Positions 55,045 through 64,000 of a stretch of DNA of 64,000 nucleotides are shown piece by piece. The notes beneath the pieces were generated by a model. It was not told the DNA's origin. It saw only the letters and a list, made by a program, of their open reading frames with translations, and did not search any database. Position numbers and translations under genes: made by a program. Every line of letters starts with the position of its first letter. Position 1 is the first letter of the stretch. The DNA comes from an uncultured Thermococci archaeon. Lineage in GTDB: Archaea; Methanobacteriota_B; Thermococci; Methanofastidiosales; B48-G16. Where the stretch lies: assembly GCA_964595645.1 (NCBI GenBank), contig CAZQQT010000003.1, forward strand, positions 72,177 to 136,176. Direction: 5' to 3'.

Positions 55045-55308
55045 AAACCAACCACAAGTTTCCTCTTTATATTACCACTACTTAGCCTATGGGCAGAAAT
55101 ACTTAAGGTTTTGGAAAACTCCAATAACAGCTGCTTCTACATTTCATGCATAAGATCCTCTATAGTCCATCGGAGGTACATAATTCTATGGATCTGGTTA
55201 CAGCAACATTAACTTCTCCCCTACCTATCATCTATAATGGACTGAAGACATTGGTAGAGATATAATTCAATCCGAAAAAAAGGATTATATGAGTTTCGCT
55301 CCAATGAT

Positions 55309-56238
55309 TCAATGCCTTTCAACTGCTACAATATACTCACTAAATATTTCATTAAACTCATTCTGGCTCAATACTGATTTATTTTCTTTCTCAATTTTTT
55401 GCATGGCTGGAGGATTGTTTAAGTATCCTGGCATTTTATTCTCTATTCTTTTTTCAAATGAAGGAGTGATCGTATCCTTATAGAAGATTCCAATAGGTAT
55501 TTTTTTATTCTCAGATAATTTATTCATTGCCTGATATTTCTTTTCGACTCGCTCCTCATCATCTTTTACGGTAGGATCCCAGTCATCAGCCAACTCTTCA
55601 ATACGTTGCTGGTAAAACGCCGATGTGTGTATATTATTGTACGTGACACAAGGCTGGAGTATGTCAATAAAGGCAGCGCCATCGTGTTGTATACCTTCGA
55701 TAATCAGCTTCTGTAAGTGTGCAGCGCTTAATGCGTATCCTCTTGCCACGAAGGTGTATCCTGCTGTCAACGCAAGTGGAAGTGCAGGTACGGCATCCTG
55801 TATAGTGGGCGTTGAAAGCGCTTTGGGCCGCTTTCCCCTGGATAGCGTGGGGGATGCTTGTCCCTTAGTGAGTCCGTAAACCCGATTGTCATGCATGAGC
55901 ACAACCATATCTAAATTTCTTCTGCCTAATGCGACGAAATGCCCTGCACCAATACCCAACAGATCTCCGTCACCCCCGTTCACAATCACGTTTAGAGGGG
56001 GGTTCGCTATTTTAATGCCGGAGGCAAAGGGTATAGCCCTTCCATGGATGGTGTGGACTCCGTTTACATCTATATAATGAGGTATTTTACCAGAACATCC
56101 TATCCCTGAGACTATCACCGTGGTTTCTGGGTGTAAATCTGTTTCGTTCAGGGCCTTGTACATACTAGACAGTATCCCAAAATTACCGCAGCCGGGACAC
56201 CAATCTACCCAGTTTTCAGTTGCATACTCACGGGCCAT
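55309..56238 (-). CDS. 2-oxoacid:ferredoxin oxidoreductase beta subunit (TPP-binding)
   Basis: N-terminal CPGCG, TPP motif GGDGD...N; 309 aa; overlaps the alpha-subunit gene. Confidence 0.85.
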   Translation of the reverse strand: MAREYATENWVDWCPGCGNFGILSSMYKALNETDLHPETTVIVSGIGCSGKIPHYIDVNGVHTIHGRAIPFASGIKIANPPLNVIVNGGDGDLLGIGAGHFVALGRRNLDMVVLMHDNRVYGLTKGQASPTLSRGKRPKALSTPTIQDAVPALPLALTAGYTFVARGYALSAAHLQKLIIEGIQHDGAAFIDILQPCVTYNNIHTSAFYQQRIEELADDWDPTVKDDEERVEKKYQAMNKLSENKKIPIGIFYKDTITPSFEKRIENKMPGYLNNPPAMQKIEKENKSVLSQNEFNEIFSEYIVAVERH

Positions 56239-58144
56239 GACGTAGCACCACCTTTTTTCTTCCGTTCAATACCTTTTTAATCGCGTTTTTCAGTTCATTT
56301 TTATAGATCGGGCGGCCGGTGTATTTTAATATCTTCTTTTCTATTGTTATACCAGTATTCATCGCAATTACTTTACCTGCTTGTGCGGTATAACTGTGTT
56401 CAACCAATATTGTTTTATTCGGTGTGAATCTATTAATTACTGATATGACGTATGCAGACGGAAAGGGAACAAACATTTTTAGATGAAGGTAGGCGCCTTC
56501 TTTCTCTTTTTCTTTTGCTATATCCTCTATAGTGTCCAGTGACACGCCTTTCACAGATCCCCAACCCACAATGAGAAAATCTGCGTTCTCTGGGCCGTAG
56601 TATCGTACCATCTCCTCAGTTGGGATATTCTTCTCAGCCGCTTCCAACTTCCCCATTCGTTTCTCTTCCATTCTCATTCTATTGTACGGATCTTCACTCA
56701 CGTTTCCATACTCGTTATGCTCACTGCCAGTATACCACATCTTACCGGAACCCAACACTTTTCTTTTCGAGATGGGTCCCTCCCCAAATCGTTTGTAATC
56801 AGTGTCCTCCAATCCTTCTTTTTTCACAAGCTCTCCTCGATCTACCTCTGTTGATGAAATGTCAGGGACGGTTGCTGTCACCGTTGAGTTCGCCAAAAAT
56901 TTATCGAGCAAGTGAATAACAGGTGTTTGGTATTTTTCAGCTAAGTTGAAGACCTCGACACCGTCATGAAACGCCTCTTCGTGATCACCCGAAGTAAGCA
57001 CTATTCGAGGAGATTCCCCGTGAGATCCATGCAAAGTCGAGAGGAGATCGGCCTGACTACCTCGTGTGGGTAGCCCTGTGCTGGGACCTCCCCGTTGATA
57101 GCAGGTGATCACGACGGGCACCTCATTCATCGCTGCCCATCCCAATCCCTCAACCATGAGGCTAAATCCGGGCCCGCTGGTGGCCGTAGCACTTCTTGCA
57201 CCACTGAGTGCAGCGCCGATGGCCGAGCCGATTGCTGATAATTCATCTTCAGTTTGAAACACTACCACGTTGTTTTCTCCCAGCGCAGCGTGTTGTTCGA
57301 TGAAAAAACTTTCATCGGCTGCTGGAGTAATAGGATAATAACTTTGAAATCGTAATCCTCCAACGATTTTTGCCATTCCTATGAGTTCATTGCCTGTGAC
57401 CAGCATGAATTCATCGTGTGCTAAGTTAGGTGATGCTAGTTCCAATGGAGCGTTATATTCATCGTTGATCAACTCTGAAACGTAGTTGGCTAAAAATCTG
57501 TTCTGTTCTGCGATTTTCTCTTTGTTCCCAAACTTTTTCATGATCCCGTAGTTCATATTTTTTGTATTCATATTCACTAATCCTGCTACCGCTCCTATGA
57601 GAATAGAACTGACGTATCTCGATGTTTGGGATGGTGAAAGCTCAAATTCCTTCAGTAGTTCATCTAATATATCCGGATAGTGTAAATTGACAATATGTAT
57701 ATGCTTTTCTTTCTCTAAATACGTGACCAAGGATTCAATTGATCCATCCACCCCTATCTCGATGAATTTCGCGTTTAATCTCCTTTTAAGAGGGACTTCA
57801 ATGCTTGGAATTGATTTCATCTTCTTTTTCGAGGATGAGTGATCGTAGACGAGGTATCCTCCCTTTTTTAGATCTTCAAAATGAGTAAATACTGTCTCAG
57901 CATCCATACAGCCCAGTAGATCAATGTCAAACGTCAATGACTTTGGACGGGTGGAAGAGGAAATAGTGGTATGCACATAGCTGTGCCTTCCTTTAATGTT
58001 TGAAAAGTATTCTCTATCTGCAATCACTCCGAACCCCTCCAATGCGAAAGCAGAGGTCAGCACCTGCTGACATGTGTTCAGACCAGCTCCCTGTGCACCT
58101 CCCAAAATAACTGTTATTTCTTCTCGAGCCATCTGATCACTCAA
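56228..58144 (-). CDS. 2-oxoacid:ferredoxin oxidoreductase alpha subunit (fused alpha/gamma, two-subunit OFOR type)
   Basis: 638 aa; N-terminal gamma-like domain followed by the alpha core (GAxxxG..., YPITP motif region). Confidence 0.85.
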   Translation of the reverse strand: MSDQMAREEITVILGGAQGAGLNTCQQVLTSAFALEGFGVIADREYFSNIKGRHSYVHTTISSSTRPKSLTFDIDLLGCMDAETVFTHFEDLKKGGYLVYDHSSSKKKMKSIPSIEVPLKRRLNAKFIEIGVDGSIESLVTYLEKEKHIHIVNLHYPDILDELLKEFELSPSQTSRYVSSILIGAVAGLVNMNTKNMNYGIMKKFGNKEKIAEQNRFLANYVSELINDEYNAPLELASPNLAHDEFMLVTGNELIGMAKIVGGLRFQSYYPITPAADESFFIEQHAALGENNVVVFQTEDELSAIGSAIGAALSGARSATATSGPGFSLMVEGLGWAAMNEVPVVITCYQRGGPSTGLPTRGSQADLLSTLHGSHGESPRIVLTSGDHEEAFHDGVEVFNLAEKYQTPVIHLLDKFLANSTVTATVPDISSTEVDRGELVKKEGLEDTDYKRFGEGPISKRKVLGSGKMWYTGSEHNEYGNVSEDPYNRMRMEEKRMGKLEAAEKNIPTEEMVRYYGPENADFLIVGWGSVKGVSLDTIEDIAKEKEKEGAYLHLKMFVPFPSAYVISVINRFTPNKTILVEHSYTAQAGKVIAMNTGITIEKKILKYTGRPIYKNELKNAIKKVLNGRKKVVLRHGP

Positions 58145-58464
58145 TCCGCTGCAGGACTCTCCTCTGAGGCAACGGCGTCCGAGTACTGATCGATAACCAT
58201 TACATCCTCCTCGTGATCATCCAATTTTTCTTTCGAATAGATCACTGTTCGGCATGTAATACAGTATATCCATCCTCTTGTGTCCAGAATTTTTTCGATT
58301 TCCTCCCTCTTCAATTCTTTGAACTTATCACAAGCTTCTTTTCGCACGATTAATTTATTGCTCTTTTTGCATATGCCCACGTAAGAGTACACATCGTGTG
58401 GAACAAAATACACGCAGGTTGTACACTCTGAGCGTGATCTACCACCTGTAACCATATGTATCAT
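58141..58464 (-). CDS. Small Cys-rich hypothetical protein (putative zinc ribbon), translationally coupled to OFOR alpha
   Basis: 107 aa with CTTC...CITC plus two further Cys; the stop overlaps the OFOR alpha start by 4 nt. Confidence 0.35.
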   Translation of the reverse strand: MIHMVTGGRSRSECTTCVYFVPHDVYSYVGICKKSNKLIVRKEACDKFKELKREEIEKILDTRGWIYCITCRTVIYSKEKLDDHEEDVMVIDQYSDAVASEESPAAD

Positions 58465-58606
58465 TTTCTATTTAAGCTTTAATACTTTTGGGTCACATAT
58501 TTCTGAAAAAAACAATATTCAGAATAATTCTCTAACCGATTCTGCAATGGTGCATAATTCTACTTCTCACAGTATTATATGGCCGTAAGGAGGCAGTAGG
58601 CTGAAC

Positions 58607-60208
58607 TCACCATACGCCAATATGTCCATCGGTCCGTGGTTCAGTAGCGCCTCCATACCCTTCTCTGTTTTTAAGAATAATTTGGCCTCTTCCGAATCCC
58701 CCTGCATGAAGCGCGTAAGTAATCTCATGTCCCCTTCTACCTAATGCTCTCCCGATATGTTTTGGGAAGGAATCTTCTAGCACAACGTGTTTACCTCTCT
58801 CCCATCGCCAGCGTGGTGCATCTAAACACGCCTGGGGATTCAAACCGAAATCTAATAGGTTCATTACTACTTGAAGATGTCCTTGAGGCTGCATGTACCC
58901 CCCCATTACCCCAAAGGGACCAATTGGTTCGTCCTCTAACGTGATAAAGCCTGGTATTATCGTATGATAGGTTCTCTTCCTCGGTTCTAGACAGTTTATG
59001 TGCGAGGGGTCTAAGGAGAATGTGTTTCCGCGATTATGTAAAGCGATTCCCGTTTCGGGCACCACTAATCCAGAACCGAACCCCATGTAATTACTCTGTA
59101 TGTACGATACCATATTTCCCTCTTCGTCCGCTGTAGCGAGATATACTGTCCCTCCTCCACCACGAGCTCCTTTATCTGGCTCTATAGCTTTATTTTGTAT
59201 TAACGAACGTTTTTCTTTCGCATACTCTTCCGATACTAACTTTTCAGATCTAATATCCATGTAGTTCGGGTCAGTAATGTACTCCTTTCCGTCGCTAAAG
59301 GCAAGTTTAAGGGCATCTATCTGTTTATGGTACGTATCAACACTGTCCTTGTTGCTGAATTGGAGTCCTTTGAGTATATTCAGAGCCATCAGGGTGATTA
59401 TCCCCTGCCCATTCGGCGGTAATTCCCACACATCATACCCTCTGTAATTGACGCTCAGCGGTTCTACCCATTCAGGCGAAAATTCCTTCAGGTCCTTCAA
59501 TGACAGATATCCTCCATGATCTTGAGAAAACTCATCTATTTTCTCTGCAAGTTCGCCACTATAAAATGATCTCCCTTTCGATTTAGCGATCTGCGTCAAT
59601 GTTTCAGCGTGACGATCCGATCTCCACATTTCACCAATCGCTGGTGCCCGTCCATTGGGAGCGAAAATATCGAACCACGTCTTAAACTCTTCACCTTCTA
59701 ACTCTTTGTATCGCTCGTATGCGTATTTCCAATATTTGCCTACCGTAGGATACACGAGGTGCCCATTTTTTGCTTGTTCTATGGCCGGCTGAAAGAGTTC
59801 TTCAAACTCGAGACACCCAAATTTCTCCGAGAGTTCGGACCATGCGGCGGGTGCTCCAGGTACTGTGACGGGGACCCACCCGAATGTGGGCATACTAGTG
59901 TATCCCCTTGCTTTAACGGTATCCATGGAGATGGACGCAGGGGCAGGCCCACTGGAGTTCAACCCGTGAAGTTTATTTCCCTGCCAGAAGAGTGCAAATG
60001 CGTCTCCTCCTATCCCATTAGAGGTTGGCTCCACTACTGTCAGTGTGATCGCAGTTGCAACAGCTGCATCTACCGCATTCCCTCCCTTTTTCAATATCTC
60101 TAGTCCAGCTTGTGCAGCGAGGGGGTGCGAACTACAGACCATCCCCCTCCTTCCGTATACAATAGTTCTTCGTGAGGGGTACGGATAATAAAGTGGATCA
60201 TATTTCAT
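58607..60208 (-). CDS. ggt: Gamma-glutamyltranspeptidase (Ntn hydrolase)
   Basis: 533 aa; GGT family N-terminal region (GGNAVDAAVA...EPTSNGIGGD) and small-subunit Thr nucleophile region (GGGTVYLA). Confidence 0.85.
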   Translation of the reverse strand: MKYDPLYYPYPSRRTIVYGRRGMVCSSHPLAAQAGLEILKKGGNAVDAAVATAITLTVVEPTSNGIGGDAFALFWQGNKLHGLNSSGPAPASISMDTVKARGYTSMPTFGWVPVTVPGAPAAWSELSEKFGCLEFEELFQPAIEQAKNGHLVYPTVGKYWKYAYERYKELEGEEFKTWFDIFAPNGRAPAIGEMWRSDRHAETLTQIAKSKGRSFYSGELAEKIDEFSQDHGGYLSLKDLKEFSPEWVEPLSVNYRGYDVWELPPNGQGIITLMALNILKGLQFSNKDSVDTYHKQIDALKLAFSDGKEYITDPNYMDIRSEKLVSEEYAKEKRSLIQNKAIEPDKGARGGGGTVYLATADEEGNMVSYIQSNYMGFGSGLVVPETGIALHNRGNTFSLDPSHINCLEPRKRTYHTIIPGFITLEDEPIGPFGVMGGYMQPQGHLQVVMNLLDFGLNPQACLDAPRWRWERGKHVVLEDSFPKHIGRALGRRGHEITYALHAGGFGRGQIILKNREGYGGATEPRTDGHIGVW

Positions 60209-60508
60209 ATAGACGCCTCCAATTTGAGTCTTTAATTAATACTAATTATATATGTTTTTCGAAGACTTTTTATTATTTTCGATGAAGGTTTGCAGGAAAG
60301 AACAGCCCTATACGCAGTGCAAAAAGAAAGATGCAGTAATTTTCTAACATTTTTTGACAAATGATTAATTTCTTTACCGTGTATATCTGTCATTTTCCAA
60401 GACGAACCGATCCAAAACATTTATAAAGAAATAGTTCACTTTATTTAATAAGAATTAGAAAAGAAGTATAATATACCAGTATAGGAACATAATAAAATAG
60501 GTGAAAGG

Positions 60509-61780
60509 ATGAAGAGATTAAAAGGAGGAATACTTGCAGCAACGTTTTTGGTCTCTTTGTTAGCAGTGATTCATCCGGTAAGTGCAACAACATACCATGT
60601 CTATTCTGGAGACTCAATTTAAAACGCAATAAACAGTGCCTCCAGTGGGGACACGATCCACGTCCACGCAGGAACGTATAACGAAACTCTTTTGCTCCAC
60701 GGGAAGTCCTTATCACTAATTGGAGATGGAGCTTCCGTGACAACAATCAATGGAGGCGGCGGAGCGGATGTAATAAGCGTTAAAGATGCAACAGTCACCA
60801 TCAGCGGTTTTACAGTAAAAAATGCTTCTTCTCATGGAATCGAATATTATAACAACGCTTCAGGGACAATAACACAGAATAGACTCACAGGAAATGTTCA
60901 AGGTATTCATGTTTCTGGAAGCAGTGTTACAATAGTACACAATACAATAGATAATAATACTGCAGAGGGCATTTGGCTTATTAACTCTAGCAATTGTGTC
61001 ATTTATAACAATATTATTCACGACAATGACGTAGTCCATGCAGGTATCTTTCTCACGACGTGCTCTAACAATGAAATGATAAATAACGATATTTACAATG
61101 AGGCATTCGGTATCCTTCTGTACGATTCAACTGATAATACTATCTCCAACAACAGTATTCACGACAACGGCCACGGTATCTGGATTGCAGGAACATCACT
61201 CAACAATACCATCCTCAAAAATGATATCCGAAATAATACCGCATCAGCAGATTCAGGTATTCACATAGCGCTTGGTAGTGATCCTTCTGGAACAGAGATC
61301 CACTACAACACTATACTGGACAACACGCGCTATGATAGCAGCTACGTTGTATCCTTCGGTGTGTTCAACAATACCGCCCATACCGTCGATGCAACGATGA
61401 ACTGGTGGGGTGATAATTCAGGACCGTACGATCCTTTTCCCGGAGCACCAGATTACAACCCAACTGGCGAAGGAGACGCTGTTTCAGATTACGTGATATA
61501 TCGGCCATGGATAACTCGAGCAGCAATCACCCCTGTCGTCGCCTTCATGCCGGTGAAGAACTACCATTTAGCGCAGGTGACAGCGTGTCAAGAATGCATC
61601 GAAAAGAATCTTCCAGACGATGTACCAAGCGGTGTGCAAGCGTTGTTAGATACGATGCAGCTACATATCGACAACGCGAACACGACGGGGAACAGCATCT
61701 ACGCGAACAGTGAACTGCTGAAAGCTCTGGAGTGTTGCGAAGAGATCCAAGAAAAACTGGGTATTACATGCCCACATTAA
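60509..61780 (+). pseudogene. Secreted right-handed beta-helix (NosD/pectin-lyase-fold) protein interrupted by a single in-frame TAA
   Basis: A signal peptide (MKRLKGGILAATFLVSLLAVIHPVSA) and a typical beta-helix N-terminus (YHVYSGDSI | * | NAINSASSGDTIHVHAGTYNE) lie in the same frame as the long ORF 60692..61780. They are separated only by a TAA at 60620-60622. Confidence 0.6.
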
Positions 61781-61788
61781 CTCTTTTT

Positions 61789-61986
61789 TTATTCTTCTTC
61801 CAAAATTTTCCTCATTTCAAAGAGAAAGATATCATTCTCCTCTGGCGCACTGATTGAGACTCTCATAAACGAGGATAGCCAGTATGCCGAGAGATCGAGA
61901 ATGAGTATTCCTCGGTCCTTTAGTTTTCTTCCGAGATCCGGTACTGTCGTTTTTATCAGCAAGAAATTTGTAGTGCTCGGATACAC
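61789..61986 (-). pseudogene. C-terminal fragment (about 65 aa) of a class I/II aminotransferase (HisC/CobD-like)
   Basis: The ...RKLKDRGILILDLSAYWLSSFMRVSISAPEENDIFLFEMRKIL pattern matches the C-terminus of histidinol-phosphate aminotransferase-type enzymes. No upstream coding remainder is present. Confidence 0.45.
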
Positions 61987-62238
61987 CTCAACATTTATTT
62001 TTCTTAGTTTCTCTCCTACTCCTCTCTTTTCCAGCTATTTTCTCAAAAGTATATTAATTCAAAACACCCCTATATAATAACCAAAACCTTTAAATAAGCC
62101 TGGGACACATCTCTTCTCTTGTTGGCATTGACTCTCAGAGAGGAGAGTTCCTCCGAGGCTTCCTCGGTACCATATCCATGGGACACCACAACTCCATTCT
62201 CTCCTCTCTGCATGCCATCACTACTTTTTTAACAGTAG

Positions 62239-62685
62239 TTGATGAGATATAGTATGGACACAGATGAGCAGGAGTTTTCCCCGCGCTCTTCGGTATGGCA
62301 GTGGATACCCTGGCTAGCATGTGCTGTCCTTATCATTGTGTTCTGTTGGTTTTTTGCGGTGAAGATCTCGTTCCCTCTGATTCAGAAAGATGCGTACTTA
62401 CAGCTTGCCAGCAGCATAGGCGGAGTGCTACTCAGTTTACTCGGACTTATCTGTCTCCTTAAAGGAACATACGATCTTCTCGAAAAGAGTACACGTCTTG
62501 AGGACACTGACATTATGAGGAGGGAAATTGCACCTCGCAATGCGTCTCATCTTGCCGTGTTAGAAACAGTGGAGAGAGATATGCGTGCCGGTCTTCCTAC
62601 TTTAAAACTTCCAATATTCTGGATACTTATTGGATTTGTACTGCTCTCTATCGGTGCGTACTTATGTAAAAATTTCGTAGAATAG
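62239..62685 (+). CDS. Hypothetical membrane protein (3 predicted TM helices)
   Basis: 148-aa ORF with hydrophobic segments; no family recognised. Confidence 0.4.
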   Translation: MMRYSMDTDEQEFSPRSSVWQWIPWLACAVLIIVFCWFFAVKISFPLIQKDAYLQLASSIGGVLLSLLGLICLLKGTYDLLEKSTRLEDTDIMRREIAPRNASHLAVLETVERDMRAGLPTLKLPIFWILIGFVLLSIGAYLCKNFVE

Positions 62686-62688
62686 TAA

Positions 62689-62916
62689 TTACTCCATGCT
62701 TTCCATAATAAGTTTTAACCAGTTCATGTACGAGTTGAACGTACCGCGCAGTGCAGAGAGATCTTCAGACGTTATTTCCAAATAGAGGAAATCATCTCTA
62801 TTCTCGAAAACGGTGGAAGTCTTCGTATATGGCGCCGAGTCTATCTCCATTTTCAGTGCTTTGTACACGGTGTCTTTGTGAGGGGTGTAGACCTTAAACG
62901 TCATCGTTCGTTTCAT
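62689..62916 (-). CDS. pcc1: KEOPS complex subunit Pcc1-like
   Basis: 75 aa; pattern ...EDLSALRGTFNSYMNWLKL... resembles Pcc1; position downstream of Brix in the conserved archaeal super-operon. Confidence 0.5.
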   Translation of the reverse strand: MKRTMTFKVYTPHKDTVYKALKMEIDSAPYTKTSTVFENRDDFLYLEITSEDLSALRGTFNSYMNWLKLIMESME

Positions 62917-63394
62917 TCACATCGTACCTGCAGAGGTCTTCAATTGTCATTTGAGGACCCACCGGTGTAGTATACAGGTCTTTTCTATAAAAAGTTATCG
63001 TGTTTTCTTTTAAATGAAGTACAGAATAACTCTCTTCAGTGGACGCATTAAAGAAGTGGATGATATCATCTCTGTATTTTCCCTTTCCTTTTACACAGAG
63101 ATCCACATCCTCCTCAATCGATGGAGCGGTTCTCCCGAGACGTACAGTCACATCCATGTGGCCCATCCACTGCCAGTCCAGATCAACGTTGATAAATGCG
63201 AGTCTATGAGGAATTTCTCCCTTATTTTCTACCACACACAACCTATCCATTCCCTTCTCATAAGCAGTATCAAGGAGTGTGCGCAGTGTTTTAGCTCCTC
63301 GAGGTGTATAAAAAGAGAATGGAAGAACTCCCTCCATATCCTTACAGAACAGCTTTGTTGCAGGGGGTGTCCTTCTCGATGTGGTGAGAAGCAT
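62894..63394 (-). CDS. Brix-domain (Imp4-like) ribosome biogenesis protein
   Basis: N-terminal MLLTTSRR(T/K)P signature of the Brix/Imp4 family; 166 aa; start immediately follows the rpoP stop. Confidence 0.7.
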   Translation of the reverse strand: MLLTTSRRTPPATKLFCKDMEGVLPFSFYTPRGAKTLRTLLDTAYEKGMDRLCVVENKGEIPHRLAFINVDLDWQWMGHMDVTVRLGRTAPSIEEDVDLCVKGKGKYRDDIIHFFNASTEESYSVLHLKENTITFYRKDLYTTPVGPQMTIEDLCRYDVNETNDDV

Positions 63395-63535
63395 CTACTC
63401 TGCCTTTACTTTTTTGGATACTGAGGGTCGTATCTTAATTAACACTCTTCCGCTACAAAAAGGACATTTCACGCTCTGGGAAAAGTCTAACGACTCTTTT
63501 TCCAGCTCTTTACCACAGTTAATACACTTATACAT
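63395..63535 (-). CDS. rpoP: DNA-directed RNA polymerase subunit P (Rpb12/RpoP; 46 aa; absent from the ORF track)
   Basis: Manual translation gives MYKCINCGKELEKESLDFSQSVKCPFCSGRVLIKIRPSVSKKVKAE*, the CxxC...CPxC zinc ribbon of RpoP. The start overlaps the rpl37ae stop by 8 nt. Confidence 0.7.
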   Translation of the reverse strand: MYKCINCGKELEKESLDFSQSVKCPFCSGRVLIKIRPSVSKKVKAE

Positions 63536-63785
63536 TTTGCTCCTCTTTTACAACCTCTTTTACGAGTTTTCCTGTATCCGTTTTGGGGATGTACGCTCCT
63601 CCAGCAAACTTTAGTCCACATTTTGTACATTTCCAGATGCCTGTGGAAACTCTTTTCACTGTTTTTCGGTCACATTGAGGACACTTATGTGTATCTTTCA
63701 CTTGTTTTTCTATTTTATCTACTTTATCTCTCACTCGTTTTCCAGCCCGTGTTCCAAATCTTTTCGCAGTCCCCATGAAAATCAC
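63528..63785 (-). CDS. rpl37ae: 50S ribosomal protein L37Ae (eL43)
   Basis: 85 aa; FGTRAGKRVRDKV...CPQC...GIWKCTKCGLKFAGGAY zinc-ribbon pattern. Confidence 0.9.
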   Translation of the reverse strand: MIFMGTAKRFGTRAGKRVRDKVDKIEKQVKDTHKCPQCDRKTVKRVSTGIWKCTKCGLKFAGGAYIPKTDTGKLVKEVVKEEQNV

Positions 63786-63818
63786 TTTTTCCTTCTCTTT
63801 ATAAAGCTTACTCTTTCA

Positions 63819-64000
63819 GAGATTCTTTTATTTTTTTCCTGATTTCCTTCCCCATTGTAAGCGACTTATGTATGCAGTCCATGATTTCATCTATTGTGAG
63901 TTGACCGCTTTCTCCTTTCTGCATTGCACAAATATAGTCATTATCCTCTGTCGTGACCGTTAACCGTGCATCAAGTACTCGCTCTTCATTGCGGCTCGGG
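63819..64000 (-). CDS. 3' end of an exosome RNase-PH-domain subunit gene (Rrp42/Rrp41-like), partial
   Basis: C-terminal ...ICAMQKGESGQLTIDEIMDCIHKSLTMGKEI... matches the RNase PH C-terminal pattern; position upstream of rpl37ae as in the archaeal exosome super-operon. Confidence 0.4.

Noticed and set aside
60620-60622. The in-frame TAA in the beta-helix gene as evidence of stop-codon reassignment.
   Set aside because: Every other gene in the window, including highly conserved ones, terminates at ordinary TAA/TAG/TGA at the expected place. A single nonsense mutation or a sequencing error is far more parsimonious.

Overview
This window is an archaeal chromosomal segment of about 43-45% GC, read from sequence alone. 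Its core is the classic archaeal transcription/translation super-operon on the minus strand: rpoH, an unsplit 1105-aa rpoB, rpoA', rpoA'', L30e, nusA, S12, S7 and aEF-2. Immediately upstream of that block sit two tRNAs (Lys-TTT, Asp-GTC) and a stand-alone 5S rRNA that is not linked to any 16S/23S genes in this window. The lineage is most likely a Thermoplasmata- or Thermococci-like euryarchaeon, judged from the unsplit RpoB, the unlinked 5S, the two-subunit 2-oxoacid:ferredoxin oxidoreductase (OFOR), GatDE, Topo VI, aIF-1A/Rio1/Dim2 and the Thr/Pro-linker surface proteins; this placement is an inference and is not certain.

Other housekeeping genes identified: glyS, ileS, gatD/gatE, topoisomerase VI B/A, a ribosome-biogenesis cluster (aIF-1A, Rio1 kinase, KH/Dim2-like, L40e, Tsr3), the glycine-cleavage P-protein genes (gcvPA/PB), the two OFOR subunits, gamma-glutamyltranspeptidase (GGT), oligoendopeptidase F (PepF), a P-type ATPase, and the tail of the exosome super-operon (RNase-PH subunit, L37ae, RpoP, Brix, Pcc1). 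Two short genes absent from the ORF track were found by hand: rpoP and rpl40e.

The most unusual feature is a low-GC (about 33%) Xer-type tyrosine-recombinase gene flanked by extremely AT-rich DNA. Overlapping its start is a 34-bp site with the loxP architecture (13-bp inverted arms, 8-bp asymmetric spacer), matching P1 loxP as recalled from memory at about 30 of 34 positions. A perfect 22-bp palindrome lies about 70 bp further upstream. Together these look like a possible self-contained recombinase/site module or the remnant of an integrated element.

Other observations worth a second look: a secreted beta-helix protein gene interrupted by a single in-frame TAA; an aminotransferase C-terminal gene fragment; a short, motif-degenerate PfkB-like kinase next to an e2b2-type ribose-1,5-bisphosphate isomerase (a hint of the pentose-bisphosphate pathway); a compositionally distinct unknown gene; three Thr/Pro-linker surface proteins; and a tRNA-Leu followed by a non-coding, AT-rich stretch. 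No CRISPR array or obvious defence island was seen.
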